64,000 nucleotides of DNA, taken from the NCBI GenBank assembly GCA_963674735.2, contig CAXXQS010000002.1, forward strand, positions 1,824,001 through 1,888,000, given 5' to 3'. A program made the position numbers and the translations under genes. The stretch is from Myxococcota bacterium (lineage in GTDB: Bacteria > Myxococcota_A > SURF-8). Positions 46,549 through 55,338 of this stretch are shown piece by piece. The number at the start of each line of letters is the position of its first letter. Positions within the stretch are counted from its first letter, which is position 1. The notes below the pieces were generated by a model. The model made no database searches. It worked only from the letters and a program-made list of their open reading frames with translations, and was not told the origin of the DNA.

Positions 46549-46953
46549 CTAGGCTTCGCCCGCTTCACCTTCGCCGTAATGGCGGCCGATGGCTTCGGCG
46601 AACAGATCCACCACTTCTTCCTGATTGGCGCCCGATAAGGTCAACTGCGCGATGACATCCTGCAGCTCGTCGAGCAGGATGTTCTTTTCGGGCTTTTGTT
46701 CATTGGATACGTGGGTGCCGCAGACGCGCGCTCCCAGTCCGTGGCGAATCTCGATCAGACCTTCTTTTTCCAACAGGCGGTAGGCTTTGGCTACCGTGTT
46801 GAAATTGATGTCCAACTGAGCTCCCAAATCGCGCACGGATGGCAGGAACGTTCCCACTTCCACCACGCCTCTGGCGATTTGAACGCGAATACGCCGTACC
46901 ACCTGGTGCACCAACGGCACATTCGATTCCGGATCGATCCGGTAAGCTTGCAT
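46549..46953 (-). CDS. GntR-family regulator, YtrA subfamily
   Basis: LPSVRDL...L.INFNTVAKAY..LE.EG.I...G.G; short C-terminal domain; AAGGAGG RBS. Confidence 0.9.
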   Translation of the reverse strand: MQAYRIDPESNVPLVHQVVRRIRVQIARGVVEVGTFLPSVRDLGAQLDINFNTVAKAYRLLEKEGLIEIRHGLGARVCGTHVSNEQKPEKNILLDELQDVIAQLTLSGANQEEVVDLFAEAIGRHYGEGEAGEA

Positions 46954-46979
46954 CCTTCCCTCCTTGTCGTGTCGGATGT

Positions 46980-47035
46980 GTGTACCATGGTTAGATACAC
47001 TGAGTGGATTATATTAGACAGTTCAAGCAGGTCAA
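46980..47035 (-). promoter_or_regulatory. Sigma-70 promoter and palindromic YtrA-type operator for the GntR gene
   Basis: TTGACC-N16-TATAAT (47035-47008) followed by GTGTA-N11-TACAC (46980-47000). Confidence 0.65.
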
Positions 47036-47168
47036 GAAAAAAACGAGAAAAAACCGCCGGTCTTTGCACTGGATTTTTCCTACCACCCATGGTAGAACGT
47101 CGAATCCGATGGGACGCTGCGTGAAGGGGGCGCGACGGACGCGCCGAAGCGGCCGAACGGGAGGTGAG

Positions 47169-48461
47169 ATGCGACAGACGGTAATACTCGGGGCCGGTCT
47201 GGCCGGGATGTCCACGGCCTACCACCTGGGTGGCGATTACGAAGTGTTCGAACGTCAGAAACACCCGGGCGGACTGGTCACGACCCGTGAGCGGGACGGC
47301 TTTTTTTTCGACCAGACCGGGCATTGGCTGCATATGCGCGATGCGGGTATCCGGGAGCTGGTCGCGCGCCAGTTGCCGCACCGGATGGTGCAGGTGGAGC
47401 GCGACTCCCGTATCTTTTCAAAAGGCGTCCTGACCCCTTACCCGTTTCAGACCAACACCCACGGCCTGCCGGTGGAGGTGGTCAAGGAAATCATCCAGGG
47501 TTTCGTCGAGGCGGTCCTGCTCAATCCTTCCCGCGAGGAGCCGCAAACCTTCGCCGACTGGGTGCTGCGCTACATGGGGCCCGGCATCGCCAAACACTTC
47601 ATGTTACCCTACAACCGCAAATTGTGGTGTACCGATCCGGCCGATATGACGCCCCACTGGTGCCAGCACTACGTTCCCAAACCGACGCTGGACCAATTGC
47701 TCGATGGCGCTTTGCGCCCGCCGCGGCAACGCATCGGTTACAACGCCTCGTTTGTCTATCCCGCCACGGGCGGCATCGGCAGGTTGTCGACGGCGCTTGC
47801 TTCCGCGTTGGACGCGGATCACATTCAATACAAGGTCGAACCGACGGTCATCCACGCCAAAAAACGCAGCATGACGCTCTCCAACGGGGAGACCATCGGC
47901 TACCGAAATCTGGTCAGTTCCATACCGCTGCCGGAACTCATCAAGCTGATCGCGGATGCGCCGCAAACGGTTCGGCGCGCGGCTGAGCGGCTGGTTCACA
48001 ATCAGGTGGCCTATTACAACATCGCCGTGGATGGTCCGGTGGGCAACCCGGCGCACTGGGTTTACTATGCGGAAGAGCCTTTCGTCTTTTACCGTGCGGG
48101 TTGCTACTCCAATGCCGTGCCCAGCATGGCCCCCAAAGACAAAGCCAGCCTGTATGTGGAAATCAGCCATCGTGGCGATCTGCCGAACAAGCGCAGCTTG
48201 TGGAACCGCGTATTGAAAGGTCTGCTGGACAGCGGACTTTTACCGTCGCGCGAGGCGTTGCGTTTCTACGAATTCCACAATATTCCATACGCGTACGTGG
48301 TGTTCGATCGCCATTACGCCAAAAGCCTGGCTGTCATTCATCCGTGGCTTAAGCGTTACGGAATCCAGTCAATCGGCCGCTATGGCCGTTGGACCTATAA
48401 TTCCATGGAAACGGCCATGACCGATGGTCGTGAAGCTGCGACCTTGATACAATCGGCCTGA
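47169..48461 (+). CDS. FAD-dependent oxidoreductase (protoporphyrinogen oxidase/UDP-galactopyranose mutase-like superfamily)
   Basis: ILGAGLAG, GGL, F.FD.TGH.LH, PYN.KLW, F.YP..GG and GRYG.W.Y..M. GGAGG RBS before the ATG at 47169. Confidence 0.85.
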   Translation: MRQTVILGAGLAGMSTAYHLGGDYEVFERQKHPGGLVTTRERDGFFFDQTGHWLHMRDAGIRELVARQLPHRMVQVERDSRIFSKGVLTPYPFQTNTHGLPVEVVKEIIQGFVEAVLLNPSREEPQTFADWVLRYMGPGIAKHFMLPYNRKLWCTDPADMTPHWCQHYVPKPTLDQLLDGALRPPRQRIGYNASFVYPATGGIGRLSTALASALDADHIQYKVEPTVIHAKKRSMTLSNGETIGYRNLVSSIPLPELIKLIADAPQTVRRAAERLVHNQVAYYNIAVDGPVGNPAHWVYYAEEPFVFYRAGCYSNAVPSMAPKDKASLYVEISHRGDLPNKRSLWNRVLKGLLDSGLLPSREALRFYEFHNIPYAYVVFDRHYAKSLAVIHPWLKRYGIQSIGRYGRWTYNSMETAMTDGREAATLIQSA

Positions 48462-48486
48462 CCTGCAAGATGTAAACGAGGAAGTC

Positions 48487-49545
48487 ATGAGTACCAACGT
48501 AACGGAAAAAAAGCCAGCCAAGACCCCATCAACCGCGAAACCGGCGGCTAAGAAAAGCGGTTCGACTGCGAAAAAGGCGGCGGCGAAGAAGCCGGTGAGC
48601 AAAAAACCGGCCGCGAAGAAAGCTGCGCCCAAGAAGGCTGCGTCCAAGAAAACGGCAGCCAAGAAAACGGCAGCCAAGCCGGTGACCGAAAAAAAGACGC
48701 CGACTAAAAGCACGGTCAAGAAAGCGGCTTCCCCCAAAGTTGACACTTCCAAGCCGATGGCCAAGGCCAGTGAGCCGGTGGTGAGCGAGCCGAAAACGCC
48801 GACTCCTGCGGCCGCTTCGCCTGCGCCTCGAAAGGTGGCTCCGCCGTTGCTCAGTATCGTGATCCCCGTCTACAACGAAGAGCTGATCCTGTTCGGCAGC
48901 GTCGAGCAACTGGTCGCCAAGCTCGATAAACTCGATTTGACCTACGAAATCATCCTGGCCCAGAACGGATCGAAAGACCGCACGGCCGATATCGCTTCGG
49001 AATTGAGCGGCAAACACGACAATGTGATCGCCCACGATTACGAGGAGCCCAACTATGGCGCGGCCTTGAAAAAAGGCATTCTGGCGGCCAAGGGCCGTTA
49101 CGTGATCTGCGACGAAATCGATCTGTGCGATGTGCGCTTCTATGAAGGTGCATTGGACCAGCTGGTTCCGGGACGCGCCGATATGGTGGTCGGATCGAAA
49201 ACCCTGGCCCAGTCCAACGACGATCGGCCTCTGATGCGGCGGGTCGCCACGCGCGTTCTCAACGGCATGCTGCGTGTGGGGGTCGGCTTCAAGGGTACCG
49301 ACACCCACGGCTTGAAAGCCTTCAACCGGGAACGCATTCTGCCGGTGGTGCGACGCTGCGAATTGGACAAAGATTTGTTTGCGTCCGAACTGGTGATTCG
49401 TGCCGAACGCGATGGCTTCACGGTGATGGACATTCCGCTGGACGTTCGTGAAATGCGTGCGCCCTCCATCAATTTGTACCGCCGCGTGCCGAAGGTGCTC
49501 AAAGACTTCGCGCGTCTGATTTACCTGATCCGTATCAAAGGCTGA
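48487..49545 (+). CDS. GT2 glycosyltransferase with a histone-H1-like Lys/Ala/Pro-rich N-terminal arm
   Basis: About 115 aa of low-complexity arm, then LSIVIPVYNEE, NGS.D.T, DEID and DTHGLKAF. Confidence 0.88.
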   Translation: MSTNVTEKKPAKTPSTAKPAAKKSGSTAKKAAAKKPVSKKPAAKKAAPKKAASKKTAAKKTAAKPVTEKKTPTKSTVKKAASPKVDTSKPMAKASEPVVSEPKTPTPAAASPAPRKVAPPLLSIVIPVYNEELILFGSVEQLVAKLDKLDLTYEIILAQNGSKDRTADIASELSGKHDNVIAHDYEEPNYGAALKKGILAAKGRYVICDEIDLCDVRFYEGALDQLVPGRADMVVGSKTLAQSNDDRPLMRRVATRVLNGMLRVGVGFKGTDTHGLKAFNRERILPVVRRCELDKDLFASELVIRAERDGFTVMDIPLDVREMRAPSINLYRRVPKVLKDFARLIYLIRIKG

Positions 49546-49561
49546 AAGCGTCGAGGCCGCC

Positions 49562-50491
49562 ATGCTGCCGGTTTGCATTACCATCGATCTGGACTCGCTA
49601 TACTGCTACCAAGGCATCTACGGCCTGCCTGCCGACGAGGATGACAACCTCATTTACGAAGTCGGGCTGGAACGTTTTGCCAACCTCATGGAAGAATACG
49701 GCCTGCGCGGAACCTTGTTTGTGGTCGGGCGCGACCTTCAGATAGGGGACAACCCGCGTATCCTGCGCTATCTGGCCGAACGCGGTTTCGAAATCGCCAG
49801 CCATACTCAAAACCACGATTACAACCTGATCCGTTTGACCGGCGAGCACTTGCAGAATGAAGTGAGTGACGGCAAGGCACGGCTGGAGGACGCCGTCGGA
49901 CGCGAGGTGGTGGGCTTTCGTGCTCCCGGTTACAATATGAGCGAACGCCTGCTCGATGCCCTGGAGCGGGCCGGGCATGTGTACGATAGTTCGGTGTTTC
50001 CCTGTACGCCCTACTATTTCACCAAGGCGGCGGTGCTCACGCGCATGATGCTTTCCGGGCGTCACAGTCACTCGATTCTGGGGGGACCGCAGGTGCTCAG
50101 GGCCCCGCGTGTGCCCTATCATCCGGCCCGGCAGGCCTACTGGAAAAGCGGGAACCGATCCATTCTGGAGTTGCCGATTTCCACCAGTCCCGTTTTCCGC
50201 TTTCCGTTTTTGGGATCTTTCATTATACTGATGGGTGAAACCCGGTTTCCTCTGTTATACGGAATGCTCAAGGGGTCGCCCTGCCTGGTGCTGGAGTTCC
50301 ATGGAATGGACTTCATCGACGGTCGGCGGGACGGTCTGGATCGTGCGCTATGGAAGCAGCCCGATATTGCCGTAAGCTGGGAAACCAAGGAGGCGCTTTA
50401 CCGGCGTCTGTTCGAGACCCTCAAATCCCAGCGCGAGGTGATGACGCTTGCCGAAGCGGCGTCCCTCATCACGGAGGCGAACGGTGGCTGA
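49562..50491 (+). CDS. Polysaccharide deacetylase (CE4/NodB) family protein
   Basis: TIDLD, TLFVVG, EIASH...H, GFRAPGY, YDSS and EFH..D. Confidence 0.88.
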   Translation: MLPVCITIDLDSLYCYQGIYGLPADEDDNLIYEVGLERFANLMEEYGLRGTLFVVGRDLQIGDNPRILRYLAERGFEIASHTQNHDYNLIRLTGEHLQNEVSDGKARLEDAVGREVVGFRAPGYNMSERLLDALERAGHVYDSSVFPCTPYYFTKAAVLTRMMLSGRHSHSILGGPQVLRAPRVPYHPARQAYWKSGNRSILELPISTSPVFRFPFLGSFIILMGETRFPLLYGMLKGSPCLVLEFHGMDFIDGRRDGLDRALWKQPDIAVSWETKEALYRRLFETLKSQREVMTLAEAASLITEANGG

Positions 50492-51353
50492 CGACGAGGT
50501 CATGAAGATCCGCGAAAAACTGCTCGAAGTGTGGAACACCCCGATGGACGAAAAGTTCAGGGATCAGTTGGCGGCATTGCCGACGAAGCTCAACGAGTTC
50601 GGCTTCGATGAATTCGGCTTTTCCCCCGATTGGACCAAGTGGGCGCTCTATTTTACGGTCTGGCTGCACAAGTATTACTTCCGCGTGGAATCCTACGGCA
50701 TCGAAAAGATTCCGGAAGGGCGGGTGCTGCTGATCGCCAACCACTCCGGTCAGATTCCCCTCGACGGGGTGATGATCGGGACGTCGGTGATTATGGAAGG
50801 TCAACCGCCGCGTGCGTTGCGCAGCATGGTGGAGCGCTGGGCATCGACTTTGCCGGTGGTGTCCACTTTCTTCACCCGCGTGGGACAGATTCTCGGGACA
50901 CCCGAAAATGCACGGGCGCTTTTAGAGCGCGACGAGGCTCTGCTGGTGTTTCCGGAAGGGGTGAAAGGCATCAACAAACTCTTCTGGCAGCGTTATCAAC
51001 TGGCAAAATTCGGTACCGGTTTCATGCGTCTGGCTTTACAGACGAACACGCCGATCGTGCCGGTAGCGGTCATCGGGGCGGAGGAGCAGTTGCCGTCGGT
51101 GGCCAATTTCAAAGGCTTGGCCAGCCTGTTTAAAATGCCGGCGGTTCCGATTTTACCGCAGCTTCTGGTGCCCATTTTGGGCTGGCTGCCCTTGCCGACC
51201 AAATACCGGATCTACTTCGGCGACCCGCTCGTTTTCGAGGGCGACGCCAACGACGAGGACGTGGTGGTCGAGGAAAAAGTGAATACGGTTCGTCGCGCCT
51301 TGCAGGAAATGATCACCTACGGTCTCAAGAACCGCAAACATGTGTTCTGGTGA
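50484..51353 (+). CDS. Lysophospholipid acyltransferase family protein
   Basis: ANHSG..P.D, FPEG.KG, F..GF.RLA and PIVPV..IGAEE. GTG start after GGAGG. Confidence 0.88.
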   Translation: MADDEVMKIREKLLEVWNTPMDEKFRDQLAALPTKLNEFGFDEFGFSPDWTKWALYFTVWLHKYYFRVESYGIEKIPEGRVLLIANHSGQIPLDGVMIGTSVIMEGQPPRALRSMVERWASTLPVVSTFFTRVGQILGTPENARALLERDEALLVFPEGVKGINKLFWQRYQLAKFGTGFMRLALQTNTPIVPVAVIGAEEQLPSVANFKGLASLFKMPAVPILPQLLVPILGWLPLPTKYRIYFGDPLVFEGDANDEDVVVEEKVNTVRRALQEMITYGLKNRKHVFW

Positions 51354-51363
51354 GGAGGCGGGT

Positions 51364-52383
51364 ATGAGTGCGAAACGGTCACAGCCGAGCAAAAACACCG
51401 CCGCATCGTCCAAGGCCGCCAAAGTCGCCACCCCCCCGGCTCGGCGTCGGCGGGCCTCCAAGCGGCCACGCGTTCTGATCACGGGTATTTCAGGTGGCAT
51501 GGGGCGTTTGCTGGCCAAGCGTTTGCATCGCGTGGCCGAGGTGCACGGGGTGGATCTGCGGCCTTTTGTCGGGAAGCCCAAAGACGTGGTGATGCACCAT
51601 GTGGACTTGCGCAAGAAACGCTGCGAAGACCTCTTTCGTCTCAACCATTACCAGGCCGTTTTTCATTTAGGTATTCTGCATGATCCGCGCCGCAGTGCCG
51701 AGGAACACCATAGCGTCAATCTGACGGGTACGATGAAGATTCTCGAATACTGCCAGCGTTACGGGGTGAACAAGGTCATCCTGCTCAGTTCCGCCACCAT
51801 CTATGGACCGCGCCCCACCAATCCCATCTTTCTCACCGAGGATTCGCCCCTGCTGGCCGGGGAGCGTTTTCCGCAGATCCGCGATCAGATCGAGTTGGAC
51901 ATGCTGGCGCAGTCGTTTTTCTGGAAGCACCACGAGATCGAAACGGTGATTCTGCGGCCGGTACACGTGGTGGGCCCCAATATCACCAACGCCATGACCA
52001 CCTATCTGCGTCTGAAACGCGTCCCCCGTTTGTTCGGCTTCGATCCGCTGGTGCAGATCATCCACGAGCAGGATGTCATCGAGGCGTTGGCGTTGTCGAT
52101 GCGCTCGGGCGTGCGCGGCATTTTCAATATCACCGGACCGACGGCGGTTCCGATCTCCACCTTGATCGAGACGCTCGGCAAATCCACTATTCCCGTTCCG
52201 CATCCCTTTGCCAGGTTTATCGCCGATCATTTATGGCGTCTCAAACTTTCCGAGCTGCCCGCGCCGCAGATCGATTACGCCCGCTTTATTTGTACCGTCG
52301 ACGGCTCGCGAGCCGAACGTATTTTGAATTTCAAATCCCGGTATGGTATTCGGCAAACTCTGGCCGATCTGGCCGAAAGCTGA
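51364..52383 (+). CDS. NAD-dependent epimerase/dehydratase (extended SDR) family protein
   Basis: VLITG.SG..G, N..GT, SS..IYG, LRP..VVGP and Q.IH..D. No canonical YxxxK seen. Confidence 0.85.
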   Translation: MSAKRSQPSKNTAASSKAAKVATPPARRRRASKRPRVLITGISGGMGRLLAKRLHRVAEVHGVDLRPFVGKPKDVVMHHVDLRKKRCEDLFRLNHYQAVFHLGILHDPRRSAEEHHSVNLTGTMKILEYCQRYGVNKVILLSSATIYGPRPTNPIFLTEDSPLLAGERFPQIRDQIELDMLAQSFFWKHHEIETVILRPVHVVGPNITNAMTTYLRLKRVPRLFGFDPLVQIIHEQDVIEALALSMRSGVRGIFNITGPTAVPISTLIETLGKSTIPVPHPFARFIADHLWRLKLSELPAPQIDYARFICTVDGSRAERILNFKSRYGIRQTLADLAES

Positions 52384-52492
52384 TCCTCCACCGAATTTGC
52401 AACACGCGTCAATGCTCGAACAGTCGTTGTCGATCCGTGAGGGCGTGCAAATCCCCGCCGAACGTTCTTGATGGGAAGTCGGAATTCTCCAC

Positions 52493-52522
52493 AAAAAAAC
52501 GCCCCGCCTAAGCAGGGCGTTT
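52493..52522 (-). terminator. Rho-independent terminator after the HU gene (possibly bidirectional)
   Basis: Minus strand AAACGCCCTGC-TTAG-GCGGGGCGTTTTTTT. Confidence 0.8.
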
Positions 52523-52545
52523 CAGATACGCTTTTCGCGACCGGT

Positions 52546-53526
52546 CTAAAGCATGTTTTTCAACTTCGGTGCCGGTTTGAAGGCGACGGTTTTGCTGGCT
52601 TTGATCTTGATCGCTTCACCCGTTTGCGGATTGCGGCCCTTGCGCGCCTTGCGGGTCTTCAACGTGAAGGTGCCGAAGCCGGGAATGCTGATGCGCTTGT
52701 TCTTCTTGACCGAGACGGCCAGAATGGCGAACAGACTATCGATCAGTTCGTTGGTTGCCTTGGCGGATAGATCGAGCGGAACGCTGGTTTTGAGCGCCTC
52801 GATCAGCTCGGCCTTGGTTCCAACCGCTTTGGGCTTCCACACTTTGGAGCTGGTTTTCGCTTTGGGTGCTTTTTTCGCGCCACAGCGACCGCCCATTTTT
52901 TTGGCCGGGGCTTTCTTGGCGACAGCCTTTTTGACCGGAGCCTTCTTGGCAGCCGGTTTCTTGGCGACGGCCTTCTTGACCGCAGGCTTCTTGGCAGCCG
53001 GTTTCTTGGCGACGGCTTTCTTGGCCGCAGGCTTCTTGGCAGCCGGTTTCTTGGCGACGGCCTTCTTGACCGCAGGCTTCTTGGCGGCCGGTTTTTTAGC
53101 GACGGCCTTCTTGACCGCAGGCTTCTTGGCGGCCGGTTTTTTAGCGACAGCCTTCTTGGCCGCGGGTTTCTTGGCGGCCGGTTTTTTGGCGACGGCCTTC
53201 TTGACCGCAGGTTTCTTGGCGGCCGGTTTCTTGGCAACGGCCTTCTTGACCGCAGGCTTCTTGGCGGCCGGTTTTTTAGCGACGGCCTTCTTGACCGCAG
53301 GCTTCTTGGCGGCCGGTTTTTTGGCGACGGCTTTCTTGACCGCCGGTTTCTTGACCGCGGGTTTCTTGGCGGCCGGTTTTTTAGCGACAGCCTTCTTCGC
53401 GGTCGGTTTCGGAGCAGCGGCCTTTTTGACCGCGGGCTTCTTAGCCGCAACTTTTTTAGCGGCCGGTTTTTTGGCGGCTGGTTTCTTAGCCGCAGCCTTC
53501 GGGGTGGCTTTCTTTGCCGTGGCCAT
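52546..53526 (-). CDS. hup: HU-family DNA-binding protein with a ~210-aa N-terminal PAKK-repeat arm
   Basis: C-terminal TKAELIE...GFGTF....[23 protein letters not shown]; AGGAGG RBS. Confidence 0.92.
   Translation of the reverse strand: MATAKKATPKAAAKKPAAKKPAAKKVAAKKPAVKKAAAPKPTAKKAVAKKPAAKKPAVKKPAVKKAVAKKPAAKKPAVKKAVAKKPAAKKPAVKKAVAKKPAAKKPAVKKAVAKKPAAKKPAAKKAVAKKPAAKKPAVKKAVAKKPAAKKPAVKKAVAKKPAAKKPAAKKAVAKKPAAKKPAVKKAVAKKPAAKKAPVKKAVAKKAPAKKMGGRCGAKKAPKAKTSSKVWKPKAVGTKAELIEALKTSVPLDLSAKATNELIDSLFAILAVSVKKNKRISIPGFGTFTLKTRKARKGRNPQTGEAIKIKASKTVAFKPAPKLKNML
52900..53500 (-). repeat. Coding tandem repeat, 15-bp subunits arranged in 45-bp units ([15 protein letters not shown]), about 10 units
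   Basis: Directly visible repeats such as GGCCTTCTTGACCGCAGGCTTCTTGGCGGCCGGTTT. Confidence 0.95.
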
Positions 53527-53574
53527 CTTTCCTTCCTCCTGGGTTCAAGTACTTTTGCCGGGTTAATTGATACA

Positions 53575-53603
53575 TTTATAGACACGTTTGTTGGGAAAGT
53601 CAA
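53575..53603 (-). promoter_or_regulatory. Sigma-70 promoter for the HU gene
   Basis: Minus strand TTGACT-N17-TATAAA. Confidence 0.65.
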
Positions 53604-53759
53604 GTAAAATGTCGAAAATCGCTAGGAATTATGAGGGTGTGAGAGAACCCGTTCGCGGAGAGGCTTATGGGACAACGCTCTCCTTAAAACGACCTTGTCG
53701 CTGGTAATTGTCTAATGATTTCAATATAGTTAATGTATTATATGGGGCTGCGGAATCCA

Positions 53760-53788
53760 TTGACACCTTTTCGGACCCGCATTACAAT
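53760..53788 (+). promoter_or_regulatory. Sigma-70 promoter for sppA-trmL-trpS
   Basis: TTGACA-N17-TACAAT, near consensus. Confidence 0.75.
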
Positions 53789-53830
53789 CGGTCGCCCGGA
53801 TCGATCAACTCGAACGAGGAGGTGGTTATT

Positions 53831-54823
53831 ATGTGCCGTCATACTTATTTTGTTTGGCCGATTGTGATTGTCGTCGCCACGCTATGGCTGGGGGGCTGCA
53901 GCCCGCGCATCAACGTCTTTCCCGATTACAGCGAACCCTTGCAGGAAGCGTCGCTCAGCGGTTCGGGAAACGACAAAATCCTGATCGTCCCGATTTCCGG
54001 TGTCATTACCGACCGCCCGCGCCAAGGGTTGTTCTTTTCGCGACCATCCGTAGTGGAGGAAACCATTTCCGTTTTGAACAAGGCCCGCAAAGATGACGCG
54101 GTCAAGGCCTTGGTCCTGCGCATCGATTCGCCGGGTGGCACGGTGACCGCCTCGGACATTCTCTACCGCAGCATCAAGGATTTTAAACAGGAAACCGGAA
54201 AGCCGGTCGTGGCCATGATGACCGGCCTCGCAGCATCGGGCGGCTATTACGCCGCCGTGGCGGCCGATCGTATCGTGGCCCATCCCACCACCATCACCGG
54301 CTCCATCGGCGTGATTTTCTTTCTCGTCAACGTCGAAGCGCTGTTCGATAAAATCGGGGTGGAAGCCGAAGCGGTCAAGTCGGGCGAACACAAAGACATG
54401 GGATCGCCTTTCCGCGAAATGTCGGCCAAAGAGCGGGCGATCATGCAGAGCATCAACGACCAATTTTACAACCAGTTCATCCGCGCCATTGCCGACGGGC
54501 GGCCCGAGTTGGACGAAGCCGCCGTGCGTCCCTATGCCGATGGCCGTATCTTCACCGCCCAGCAGGCGCTCGCGGCCAAACTCATCGATCGCATCGGGTA
54601 TGCCGACGCGACCTTGGAGATTGCGCGTCAGTTGGCCGGGCTCGGCGACGACGCCCGAGTGGTGATCTACCGCCGTTCCCCCACTTCCGAAGATCATGTC
54701 TATCGCGCCGCGGCCCAGTCTGGCTCGATGCAAATCAAGCTGGTCGATCTGGGCCTCGACCGTTTTACCTTCGCCCCCCATACCGGTTTCTACTATCTGT
54801 GGGAACCGGGCATTCAGAACTGA
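53831..54823 (+). CDS. sppA: Signal peptide peptidase SppA (36K type), lipoprotein
   Basis: Lipobox LGGC, RIDSPGG, AASGGYY, GSIGV, KSG.HKD and DGRIFT. GGAGG RBS. Confidence 0.93.
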   Translation: MCRHTYFVWPIVIVVATLWLGGCSPRINVFPDYSEPLQEASLSGSGNDKILIVPISGVITDRPRQGLFFSRPSVVEETISVLNKARKDDAVKALVLRIDSPGGTVTASDILYRSIKDFKQETGKPVVAMMTGLAASGGYYAAVAADRIVAHPTTITGSIGVIFFLVNVEALFDKIGVEAEAVKSGEHKDMGSPFREMSAKERAIMQSINDQFYNQFIRAIADGRPELDEAAVRPYADGRIFTAQQALAAKLIDRIGYADATLEIARQLAGLGDDARVVIYRRSPTSEDHVYRAAAQSGSMQIKLVDLGLDRFTFAPHTGFYYLWEPGIQN

Positions 54824-54838
54824 GGAAAGGACGAACCG

Positions 54839-55294
54839 TTGAAAGTCGTTTTGGTACAACCGGAGATTCCTCCCAACACGGGCAGTATCGCCCGTACCTG
54901 CGCGGGCATGCGGATCCCGTTGCATCTGGTCAAGCCGCTGGGGTTTTCTCTCGATGACCGCCACCTCAAGCGGGCGGGACTCGATTATTGGCCGCATGTG
55001 GATTTGACGGTGCATGAAAGCTGGCAGGATTTTCTTTCCTTGCATGGCCATGAACGACTCTGGTTTTGCACCAAGCGCGGCGCTGCGGTATATAGCCGGG
55101 TGCGCTTTGAACCCGATGACGTCCTGGTCTTCGGACGGGAAACGCGCGGACTCGACCCGGCAATCACGGAGGCGTTTCCCGAGCGGCTGATCAAAATCCC
55201 GATCATCGGTCAAATACGCAGTTACAATTTGTCCAATGCGGTTTCGACCGTTCTCTTTGAAGCGCTGCGGCAGACGCAGCCGGACCTGTTTTAG
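54839..55294 (+). CDS. trmL: tRNA (cytidine/uridine-34 2'-O)-methyltransferase
   Basis: PEIPPNTG.I.RTC, RAGLDYW, FG.ET.GL and RS.NLSN. Confidence 0.95.
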   Translation: MKVVLVQPEIPPNTGSIARTCAGMRIPLHLVKPLGFSLDDRHLKRAGLDYWPHVDLTVHESWQDFLSLHGHERLWFCTKRGAAVYSRVRFEPDDVLVFGRETRGLDPAITEAFPERLIKIPIIGQIRSYNLSNAVSTVLFEALRQTQPDLF

Positions 55295-55338
55295 ACGGAT
55301 CGGAAGGTCGCACCTTCCGTGCATGAAAGGATTCAACA

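Noticed and set aside
47169-48461. Second hemY/protoporphyrinogen oxidase
   Set aside because: It shares only the FAD-binding fold and lacks the HemY-specific motifs. Its glycosyltransferase context points to sugar metabolism.
52900-53500. Tandem DNA repeats considered as a CRISPR array
   Set aside because: No unique spacers, the period is a multiple of 3 within a CDS, and no cas genes are present.
52553-53566. 337-aa hydrophobic repeat ORF (AFLAAGFL)n on the plus strand
   Set aside because: Exact antisense of the HU PAKK repeats. The RBS, promoter and terminator all support the minus-strand gene.
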